Positions 27,013 to 34,601 of a stretch of DNA of 64,000 bases are shown here, piece after piece. Source of the stretch: Anaerolineaceae bacterium. Lineage in GTDB: Bacteria > Chloroflexota > Anaerolineae > Anaerolineales > Anaerolineaceae. A program made the translations under genes and the position numbers. Positions within the stretch are counted from its first letter, which is position 1. Every line of letters starts with the position of its first letter. The notes under the pieces are model-generated. The model saw only the letters and a list, made by a program, of their open reading frames with translations. It was not told the DNA's origin and did not search any database. The DNA lies in contig JBCFBH010000001.1 in the NCBI GenBank assembly GCA_038562595.1, forward strand, positions 36,093-100,092, in the 5' to 3' direction.

Positions 27013-27712
27013 GGCGTACGGCGCCCAACGCGTTCTGGAAAAACTTGATTTATCCGTGGACACGGGGGAGCTTGTTTGCCTCTTAGGCCCAAACGGCGCT
27101 GGGAAAACCACCTTAATTCGTACGCTCAGCGGGCTGCAAAAGCCGGATAGTGGCGTGGTGTTCTGGGGTTCCGAGAGTGAAGGCATCAGCGCCGTCAAAT
27201 TGCGTCGCAGCATCGGCCTGATCTTGCACCAGCCCTTCTTGTACGAACATCTGACGGGCTTTGAAAACCTGCGCTTCTATTCCCGCCTGTACGAAACCGG
27301 ACTGAGCGAAGCAGATTTGCGCAAAATGCTCGGACGGGTCGGGCTGGGCAGCGCCCGCCCCATACCCATCCGGGGATATTCGCGCGGCATGAAACAGCGT
27401 CTTACCATCGCGCGCGCTTTATTGTGTGACCCGCAGATTCTGCTGTTCGACGAACCATATACCGGGCTGGACCAGCAAGGCTCTGGCATGCTGAACCAGC
27501 TGCTGCTGGAGGAAAGCTCCCGGAAAAAACTGGTCCTGCTGACCACGCACGAACTCAGTTACATCCGCCAGGTCGCCACGCGTTTTGACGTGCTTCACCA
27601 CGGCAAGATCGCTGTCAGCATTCCCAACGAGGGGATAAGCCTGGACTCCTTGCAGGAACAATACACCGCGGCAATTGCGGCCGGCATAAACCCCCGCAAG
27701 GAGCAAACATGA
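26984..27712 (+). CDS. ccmA: heme exporter ATP-binding protein CcmA
   Basis: Walker A GPNGAGKTT, signature YSRGMKQR, Walker B LLLFDEP. TTG start overlapping the ccmF end. Gene context supports the call. Confidence 0.8.
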   Translation: MTLQARQISKAYGAQRVLEKLDLSVDTGELVCLLGPNGAGKTTLIRTLSGLQKPDSGVVFWGSESEGISAVKLRRSIGLILHQPFLYEHLTGFENLRFYSRLYETGLSEADLRKMLGRVGLGSARPIPIRGYSRGMKQRLTIARALLCDPQILLFDEPYTGLDQQGSGMLNQLLLEESSRKKLVLLTTHELSYIRQVATRFDVLHHGKIAVSIPNEGISLDSLQEQYTAAIAAGINPRKEQT

Positions 27713-28383
27713 AATCCTGGCTCCAATCCGTGCGCGTTTTAATCTGGAAAGATCTGCTTCAGGAATGGCGCAGCCGCGATATCCTCACTTCAATGCTCGC
27801 TTTTGCCGTGCTTTCGCTATTTATCTTCAATTACGCGTTGGAACTTTCGCCAATTAACCGCGCGGAAATTGCCCCGGGTATCATCTGGGTGGTGATGGTT
27901 TTCGCAGGTACGCTCGGTTTAAACCGCTCTTTCACCGCCGAGCAGGACCAGGGCTGCTTTGAAGGTCTGATCATGGCTGTCCCCGACCTTTCAGCGATTT
28001 ATTTTGCCAAGCTGCTCACGAACCTGCTGATGATGGTCTTTCTGGCTGTGCTTGTGATACCGATTTACTCGGTTCTTTACAACCAATCTCTGTTTAACTG
28101 GGCGTTCTTTGGCGTGTTGGTATTGGGCGCATGGGGTTACAGCGCGGCGGGTACGCTCATCGCCAGCATGACTGTGCAGACCCGCATGCGCGATTTGCTT
28201 TTGCCCGTCCTATTGTTCCCACTGCTGCTGCCTGTAAACATGGCTGTGGTAAAATCTTGCGGCGTACTGCTCGGGTCTGTCGCCGGGCAGGATATCAATG
28301 GCTGGCTCAACCTGCTGCTGGTGTACGACGTAATCGTAACGATGCTTTCGATAATGGTGTTTGAATATGTCATCCAAGAATAA
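27709..28383 (+). CDS. ccmB: heme exporter membrane protein CcmB
   Basis: 224 aa, about 6 TM. 4-nt overlap with ccmA. Confidence 0.85.
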   Translation: MKSWLQSVRVLIWKDLLQEWRSRDILTSMLAFAVLSLFIFNYALELSPINRAEIAPGIIWVVMVFAGTLGLNRSFTAEQDQGCFEGLIMAVPDLSAIYFAKLLTNLLMMVFLAVLVIPIYSVLYNQSLFNWAFFGVLVLGAWGYSAAGTLIASMTVQTRMRDLLLPVLLFPLLLPVNMAVVKSCGVLLGSVAGQDINGWLNLLLVYDVIVTMLSIMVFEYVIQE

Positions 28384-29071
28384 ACTTTTACAAATACTCT
28401 CAATTCTGGCTTTCTTACTGATGCTTTTTGCTTTTATCCGCGTTCTTTTCTTTACGCCGGTAGAGCAGACCATGGGTGTGGTGCAAAAAGTCTTTTACTT
28501 CCATATGAGCGCGGCATGGGTGGGGATGCTGGCCTTTTTGGCAGCAGCCGTGTTTGGCCTGTTATACCTCTCACGGAGAGAAATGAAATGGGACACCCTG
28601 ACCGCGGCAAGCGTGGAAGTCGGGCTGCTCTTTACGGTAATCTGCATCCTCAGCGGGATGATTTGGGCGCGCCCCATCTGGAACACCTGGTGGACCTGGG
28701 ACCCGCGCCTAACCACGGTTACCATCATGGCGTTTACCTATATTGCTTTTCTTCTGCTGCGCAGGGGGGTGGATAATCCCACCAGGCGGGCGCGTTTCAG
28801 CGCTGTGTACGCGGTCATTGGTTTTATCAGTGTTCCGCTTACATTCTTCTCCGCGCGCTTGCTGCGCACCATCCACCCGGTGGTATTCGGCAGCGGAGAG
28901 GCTGATATGAATCTCAATCCGCAAATGCTCGGGACGCTTTTCATTTCGCTGGGTGCCTTTACTGTCCTCTATGCGGCGCTTCTGCTGCACCGCGCCCGGC
29001 TGATGGCACAACAGGAAGAACTTAATCAACAACTGGCTGCGTCCAACAGCAGCTATGACTGGGGAGAATAA
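28367..29071 (+). CDS. ccmC: heme exporter protein CcmC
   Basis: WWD motif WNTWWTWDPRLT. ATG 28367 is preferred over TTG 28361. Confidence 0.85.
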   Translation: MSSKNKLLQILSILAFLLMLFAFIRVLFFTPVEQTMGVVQKVFYFHMSAAWVGMLAFLAAAVFGLLYLSRREMKWDTLTAASVEVGLLFTVICILSGMIWARPIWNTWWTWDPRLTTVTIMAFTYIAFLLLRRGVDNPTRRARFSAVYAVIGFISVPLTFFSARLLRTIHPVVFGSGEADMNLNPQMLGTLFISLGAFTVLYAALLLHRARLMAQQEELNQQLAASNSSYDWGE

Positions 29072-29074
29072 GAT

Positions 29075-29230
29075 ATGGCGCAAACTTTGAATTACTTTAT
29101 TGCCGGATATGCTGTTATCCTGGGTCTGTTAGCTGCTTACTGCCTGTATCTGCTCCTTCTCAGCCGCAAACTGAGGCGTGCGCAGAAATCCCTGGAAAAC
29201 CAAAAACAAGAGATCATCAAAGAGGGATAA
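29075..29230 (+). CDS. ccmD: small single-TM protein in the CcmD position
   Basis: Hand-translated 51 aa, MAQTLNYFIAGYAVILGLLAAYCLYLLLLSRKLRRAQKSLENQKQEIIKEG. Starts 4 nt after the ccmC stop. Below the ORF-track size cut-off. Confidence 0.5.
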   Translation: MAQTLNYFIAGYAVILGLLAAYCLYLLLLSRKLRRAQKSLENQKQEIIKEG

Positions 29231-29256
29231 AATGCCCGATTGTGTGTTTTATCACA

Positions 29257-29284
29257 TTGACAGGTAGACGTTCCGAATTATAAT
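29257..29284 (+). promoter_or_regulatory. near-consensus sigma70 promoter for the cytochrome/NOX-like operon
   Basis: TTGACA-N16-TATAAT, 50 nt upstream of the ATG at 29335. Confidence 0.55.
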
Positions 29285-29334
29285 TACCATGCTTTTTATC
29301 CAAAATCTAATAGGTATAAAGTATTGGAGAGAAT

Positions 29335-30480
29335 ATGAAGAAAAACACGTTGTTCGTTTTATTGGCGGTTGTTGCGCTTGCCCTGGTTGCCTGGGTAGGA
29401 TGCACGACCAAAGAGGCCGTTGAAGAACCCTTTGAGGAAACAACCTCTGGGATCAACGTGGTTTCTGCGAAGTGGGCAGGTTCAGCGCATGCTGATGCCG
29501 CCTCCGAAGCGTACAACCACTGGAATGAGGACGATCCCCAGGAAGTTCCCCCGACCTGCGCGAAGTGCCACAGCTCATCCGGTTTCCAGGATTATATTGG
29601 CGCTGACGGCTCCGAGGCCGGAAAGGTTGACGCGGCCGGCAAGATTATCGACCCCATCAATTGCGCGACCTGTCATAATGACGCGGCCGACAAACTGGAC
29701 GCTGCAAAACTGCCCAATGGAACTGAGCTGACCGGGCTTGACAGCGCGGCGATCTGCTCCACCTGCCACAGCGGTATGGGTTCCTCTACAGCGGTTGCTG
29801 AGAGAATTGCCGGGTTGGCTGAAGACGATGTCATCCCCGACCAGGGCATGATGGGCGTTCATTATTTTGCTGCGGCTTCCACGCAGGCAGGCGCAGACGG
29901 CGGTATGGGTTTCCAGTACGAAGGAAAAACCTATGCTGGAACCTTTAAGCACGCCGAACCTGTAAACTCCTGCACTGAATGCCACGATCCGCACTCCCTG
30001 CATACCCAGAGTGTTCCTGGCAGCGATGCCAACCTGTGCTCCACCTGCCATTCTGACGTCACGAGCTACCAGGACTACAAGAAAATCTCCATGGCCAAAG
30101 TTGATTACGATGGCGACGGCACTTCGGAAAGCACCTACGATGAAATCGAAGGCGTGCGCGCGCTTCTGATCAAAGCCCTCGCAGGTTATTCCACCGCTAA
30201 ATCCGGTGCTACTTTCGGCTTCAACCCGGCTGCTTACCCGTATGCCTTCATTGACACGAATGCAGACGGCACCCTGAGCGAGGAAGAATCCGCTTACCCG
30301 AATCAGTTCAAACTCTTCACCCCGCGTATGCTCAAAGCCGCCTACAACCTGATGTTCGTCACCAAGGACCCGGCTGCCTACATCCACAACCCGGACTACG
30401 CTCTGCAATTGATGTACGACTCCATCGAGAGCCTGTCTGAGTTCAGCGGCGTCAGCACCCAGGGTCTTGTTCGCCCCTAA
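29335..30480 (+). CDS. pentaheme c-type cytochrome lipoprotein
   Basis: Signal peptide with lipobox WVGC. Five CxxCH motifs: CAKCH, CATCH, CSTCH, CTECH, CSTCH. Confidence 0.9.
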   Translation: MKKNTLFVLLAVVALALVAWVGCTTKEAVEEPFEETTSGINVVSAKWAGSAHADAASEAYNHWNEDDPQEVPPTCAKCHSSSGFQDYIGADGSEAGKVDAAGKIIDPINCATCHNDAADKLDAAKLPNGTELTGLDSAAICSTCHSGMGSSTAVAERIAGLAEDDVIPDQGMMGVHYFAAASTQAGADGGMGFQYEGKTYAGTFKHAEPVNSCTECHDPHSLHTQSVPGSDANLCSTCHSDVTSYQDYKKISMAKVDYDGDGTSESTYDEIEGVRALLIKALAGYSTAKSGATFGFNPAAYPYAFIDTNADGTLSEEESAYPNQFKLFTPRMLKAAYNLMFVTKDPAAYIHNPDYALQLMYDSIESLSEFSGVSTQGLVRP

Positions 30481-30525
30481 GCAGGCGCGGAACAGATCAA
30501 CCTTAGAAATTGAGACGCATAAATC

Positions 30526-31818
30526 ATGACCAAGAAAACTAAGCTAATTATCTTTATGGCGCTCTTTGTTGCGCTTACGCTAACCCCGCTCGTAATAATG
30601 TTGGTCAACGCCAATTGGGCGCTGCCAATCCGGGATGTCTCCGTCGCGCTGGCATTCTTGGGGATGTCGATTGCAGGGATGCAGTTTCTCCCTATTTCCC
30701 GCATCCCCTGGCTTTCCGATGTGGTGGAACTGGACAAGATGTACAAGAACCATCATCTGATCTCTGCTTTCGCAGTCCTGTTGGTAGTCTTGCACCCCCT
30801 TGTACTGCTTGTTACCGGTAGCGTGTACTTCACCGGCTTCCTGATTACTGGTGGCTGGATTGGCTTGGCTGGCTTGGTCCTGATTGCGCTCACATCGATC
30901 TTTCGCAAGCAGCTCAAAATTAGCTATACAACCTGGCTGCTCATTCACGACCTACTTACCCTGGTAATCCTCGTCTTTGGTCTGCTGCACATGTTCCAGC
31001 GCAATTACTACATGCGGGACACGGCCATGACCATCGCCTGGATTATCCTGATGGTAATCTGGGGCGGGCTGGCGCTGTATATCCGCCTCATCCGGCCTCT
31101 CATCCTCGCCAAACATCCGTTTGCCGTGGAGAAAGTCGTCGAAGAAGGCAAAGATACGTACTCTGTCTACCTCAAAGCTGATGGTTTCAAACGTCCGGCT
31201 TTCAAGGCTGGGCAGGTGGCTTGGATTAGCAAAGGTCCGTCTCCTTTTGTCATCAGCCGCAACCCATTCTCCTACTCTGGAAGCACGGAATGGGATGCTG
31301 TGCGCTTCTCGATCAAAAAAGCCGGTGATTTCACCAATTCCATCCCCGACCTGAAACCGGGCGACCGAATGTTTGTTGATGGTCCATATGGTACCTTTGA
31401 TCTTGAGAATCCGCGCATGCAAAAAGGATTGGTCGTGATAGGCGGCGGGATTGGTATCGCGCCTGTGATGAGCATTATCAATACCCTTGCCGATACCGGT
31501 GACAAACGACCCGTCTATGTGTTCTACGGCGACCTGTGTGAAGACACGGTGCTCTTCACCAATGAATTTGAAGCGCTCAAATCCCGCATGAACCTGACGG
31601 TTGTGCAGGTGCTCGAAAAGCCCATTGATGTAGAGAAGTGCGAACACAAAGGCTATATCACCAAAGAACTACTGCTCAGCGCCCTGCCGGAAAACTATAA
31701 AGAGCTGTATTACTTTATGTGCGGCCCAATGCCCATGATGAACGCGATGAGCAAACATCTCGCGGCAATGGAAGTGGACCCGGCCCAGATTGCTATTGAA
31801 AAGTACGAGATGGCCTAA
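30526..31818 (+). CDS. NOX/ferric-reductase-like flavocytochrome b (6-TM di-heme domain plus FAD/NAD(P)H domain)
   Basis: His pairs spaced 13-14 residues apart in two TM helices (NHHLISAFAVLLVVLH; IHDLLTLVILVFGLLH). FAD motif RNPFSYS. NAD(P)H motif GGGIGIAP. C-terminal CGP. Confidence 0.85.
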   Translation: MTKKTKLIIFMALFVALTLTPLVIMLVNANWALPIRDVSVALAFLGMSIAGMQFLPISRIPWLSDVVELDKMYKNHHLISAFAVLLVVLHPLVLLVTGSVYFTGFLITGGWIGLAGLVLIALTSIFRKQLKISYTTWLLIHDLLTLVILVFGLLHMFQRNYYMRDTAMTIAWIILMVIWGGLALYIRLIRPLILAKHPFAVEKVVEEGKDTYSVYLKADGFKRPAFKAGQVAWISKGPSPFVISRNPFSYSGSTEWDAVRFSIKKAGDFTNSIPDLKPGDRMFVDGPYGTFDLENPRMQKGLVVIGGGIGIAPVMSIINTLADTGDKRPVYVFYGDLCEDTVLFTNEFEALKSRMNLTVVQVLEKPIDVEKCEHKGYITKELLLSALPENYKELYYFMCGPMPMMNAMSKHLAAMEVDPAQIAIEKYEMA

Positions 31819-31834
31819 ACACCAAGGTTTGACA

Positions 31835-31868
31835 ACAGACCTCCCAAACGGGAGGTCTGTTATTTATT
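31835..31868 (+). terminator. rho-independent terminator
   Basis: acagacctccc-aaac-gggaggtctgt followed by tatttatt. Confidence 0.75.
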
Positions 31869-31982
31869 GCCGAAACTGTTCGCCGGGCCGGTGTATGACC
31901 AGCTCACACCAAGGCGAGACAGACGGAGTGCCATTTAACTTGATCACCGCAGCATGAACGCGTGGAAATATAGGGAGTTAAG

Positions 31983-32108
31983 TTGCCAAAAAAATCCGAC
32001 CACGAACATGTCCCAAGTACGGCGCTCAACCGGAAACTGAGCTGGATACTTTTCCTGCAGTTTGCTCTCTTCGCGCTTATCCTGACCCTGTTTGTTTTGA
32101 GTAAGTAA
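31983..32108 (+). CDS. possible 41-aa single-TM peptide
   Basis: Hand-translated LPKKSDHEHVPSTALNRKLSWILFLQFALFALILTLFVLSK. TTG start with GGGAG 5 nt upstream. No other support. Confidence 0.25.
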   Translation: MPKKSDHEHVPSTALNRKLSWILFLQFALFALILTLFVLSK

Positions 32109-32316
32109 TCCGAACAGCCCCACCGAACTGGGCTAACCCTACATACTGCTGAGCAGGATTAAACAGAAAGCACAACGGCACCTTATCCGAGACCGCTCAG
32201 CCGCGTCTTAGAGCCTGGCACTGATATTGCAACTTAAGCGTTAGCTCGACCCGCCGCGCGCTGATTTACGACATTCGTGCAGCCGGGAAGGAGCGTCGCG
32301 AAAGCCGGAGGATGGT

Positions 32317-33453
32317 ATGACGAGAGCATTTGGTGTAGACATCAGTAAATATCAAACCAGCCAGGATGGGACTAAGCGGCAGGATTTCAATGCCTTGCGC
32401 GCCCATCCCGAAGAGGTAGTTTTTGTTGCCGCGCGGGCAGGGGTTTGCTGGGGCTACAAAGACCCGATGTTTGATTATTACTGGAGCGAAATGGCGCGCA
32501 TCCAGGTCTGCCGTATTGCTTACCTGGTGGTGTACTTTGGAGAAAGCGCGATTTCCCAAATGGACGCGCTATTTAAAATCGTGGAAGGCAAGGCGGATTG
32601 GACCCACGACCGACTGGTCCTCGACCTGGAAGTGGCAGGGATTAACACCCGTGAACGGATTACATCCACGACGCAAAAATGCCTGGATATCTGCAAAGCG
32701 CGCACCGGCATGTACCCGATTTGTTACTCCCGCGCGCAGTGGGTGAATACTTACCTGAAGATAGACCAGCTTCCGCGCCTTGATTGGTGGCTCGCAACCT
32801 ACAAAAAACCTTATCCATTCCCTGCTTTTACCCCCGAGCATCCCGGTCCGCCTGATTTACCGCGAGGAGCGGATACCTACCTGATTCATCAGACCGGGGA
32901 CAAAAACAAAGCCATTGGTTCCGCGAGCCGCTATATGGATTTTGACCGTTGGAACGGCAGCAAGGCCGACGTTCTGCGCTACTTCAGCAATCCCGAGTAC
33001 ACAATCCCAAATCCGAACCCGCCGGACCCTGGCGCGGTTCTTTTCCGCGCTCGCTGCGTGGTATCCGCGCTCTACAAGCGTGAAGGTCCCGGCGCGCGCT
33101 ACAGTGTGGTTGGGTCTCTCAACATGGGCGAAGAAGTGGATGTTTACGAGGTCAAGGAAGATTGGTTCCGCATCGACCCGCAGGCTTCCGTATGGTGCTC
33201 TGGGAACGCGCGGTACATGCGCCCTCTGGACCCCGGCCAACCCGATCCTGTGAAGCAGCCCTTATTCAAAGTGAAGGTGATTGTCACCGCGTTGTATAAG
33301 CGCCGCGGACCCAGCGCGAGCGATGCCATTACAGGATATCTGCGGAAGGGCGAGGAAGTTCCTGTTTATGAAGTCACAAATAATTGGTACCGGATTGATC
33401 CTGATAACCAGGTGTGGTGTTCAGGGGCTCCGCAGTACACCCAAAAAATCTGA
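32317..33453 (+). CDS. GH25 muramidase with two C-terminal SH3-like repeats
   Basis: N-terminal FGVDISKYQ GH25 signature. Two homologous repeats of about 62 aa (LFRARCVVSALYKREGP...WCSG and LFKVKVIVTALYKRRGP...WCSG). SD GGAGGA. Confidence 0.85.
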   Translation: MTRAFGVDISKYQTSQDGTKRQDFNALRAHPEEVVFVAARAGVCWGYKDPMFDYYWSEMARIQVCRIAYLVVYFGESAISQMDALFKIVEGKADWTHDRLVLDLEVAGINTRERITSTTQKCLDICKARTGMYPICYSRAQWVNTYLKIDQLPRLDWWLATYKKPYPFPAFTPEHPGPPDLPRGADTYLIHQTGDKNKAIGSASRYMDFDRWNGSKADVLRYFSNPEYTIPNPNPPDPGAVLFRARCVVSALYKREGPGARYSVVGSLNMGEEVDVYEVKEDWFRIDPQASVWCSGNARYMRPLDPGQPDPVKQPLFKVKVIVTALYKRRGPSASDAITGYLRKGEEVPVYEVTNNWYRIDPDNQVWCSGAPQYTQKI

Positions 33454-33464
33454 ACAAGAGCTTA

Positions 33465-33501
33465 AATGAAAATGGCTGCCGATCAAGCAGCCATTTTCAT
33501 T
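33465..33501. terminator. bidirectional terminator hairpin
   Basis: aatgaaaatggctgc-cgatcaa-gcagccattttcatt (15-bp stem), between the GH25 gene (+) and a small membrane ORF (-). Confidence 0.7.
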
Positions 33502-33513
33502 AAACTCAGAGAA

Positions 33514-33684
33514 TTAGAGGTTTTTCAGGAGAACGGCCAGAGCCAGCAAGACGAAGCCAACCAGGACGAGCCAGAAGGCAAATTCAGCCAACACGGCGAG
33601 GACTCCCAGTTTGGCAAGCAAGCCGACCAGGACAATCACGAGAGCAACAATAAAGGTGACAAATTTTGGTGCAGAAAGTTTCAT
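33514..33684 (-). CDS. 56-aa two-TM small membrane protein
   Basis: Hand-translated MKLSAPKFVTFIVALVIVLVGLLAKLGVLAVLAEFAFWLVLVGFVLLALAVLLKNL. AAGGAG 6 nt upstream. The overlapping + ORF 33466..33705 is its Q/D/E-rich mirror image. Confidence 0.45.
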   Translation of the reverse strand: MKLSAPKFVTFIVALVIVLVGLLAKLGVLAVLAEFAFWLVLVGFVLLALAVLLKNL

Positions 33685-33859
33685 GATAAGCTCCTTTTGA
33701 GATAATAAGAGTGATTGATAAGATAATCTTAATGTTAACAGCGCGTAGAGTCAAGCAGCGGATTTATGAGGATCTTCAGTATTAACCGGGATTTCCGAAA
33801 GGCGGATGTTTTCAGACGCGTGCTGTTATAATCCAGGTACTACCAAAAAGGACGGTCCT

Positions 33860-34591
33860 ATGAGTCAGGAATCAGTTTCCACGATCCTTCCGGGGATTAG
33901 CATCGCCAGGAATGGTCCTTACATTGTTGAAGGCCCAGTTCCTCTCGTCCGCAAAACGCAGATTGTCTCAGAGTACGGTGAGCCGCTCAGTTGGCAGCTG
34001 CTTTCAAGGTATGAAGTGTCGAAGGAACGTTATCGACTGTGCAGCTGCGGAAATTCCAAGCAGATGCCCTTCTGTGATAATACCCATCTGGAAAAACCCT
34101 TTGATGGCAAAGAGACAGCGTCCACCGACGGAAGTACCGATGATTCCATCGTGCTGCCAGGCGGCAAGCAGATCATTGTCCATCTCTATCCGGATTTATG
34201 CATGAGTTCCGGTTTCTGCAACTTGCGCAACACAGGCATCGTCCGTTTGACGGCTGAATCGGAGGATACCCTCAAGCGCTCGCTGGCAATGGCGATGATC
34301 GAACGCTGCCCATCCGGCGCGCTGACCTATCAGCTTGACCCAGATGAACCTGATGTCGAGCCGGACCTTCCGCAGGAAATTGCTGAGACTTTCGAAATCA
34401 CTTCTCAGGGCCCTATCCGCGGTCCACTATGGGTAACCGGCTACCTGAGGATTAACCGTTCGGATGGAGTTCCTTTCGCGGCGCGCAACCGGGTGACCCT
34501 GTGTTGCTGCGGAAATTCCCACAACAAGCCGCTGTGCGATGGTACGCACCGACGCGACGCGGAATGGGAAGCTGAATGGAAAAAGAAATAA
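33860..34591 (+). CDS. CDGSH iron-sulfur protein with a central ferredoxin-like Cys cluster
   Basis: Two CDGSH-type motifs (CSCGNSKQMPFCDNTH, CCCGNSHNKPLCDGTH) flank CMSSGFC...CPSGA. Start taken at ATG 33860. Confidence 0.8.
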   Translation: MSQESVSTILPGISIARNGPYIVEGPVPLVRKTQIVSEYGEPLSWQLLSRYEVSKERYRLCSCGNSKQMPFCDNTHLEKPFDGKETASTDGSTDDSIVLPGGKQIIVHLYPDLCMSSGFCNLRNTGIVRLTAESEDTLKRSLAMAMIERCPSGALTYQLDPDEPDVEPDLPQEIAETFEITSQGPIRGPLWVTGYLRINRSDGVPFAARNRVTLCCCGNSHNKPLCDGTHRRDAEWEAEWKKK

Positions 34592-34601
34592 TCGGGCAGC
34601 G

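Noticed and set aside
33466-33705. 79-aa Q/D/E-rich ORF on the plus strand.
   Set aside because: It is low complexity, begins inside the terminator hairpin, and is the complement of a well-formed hydrophobic 56-aa ORF that has a good SD.
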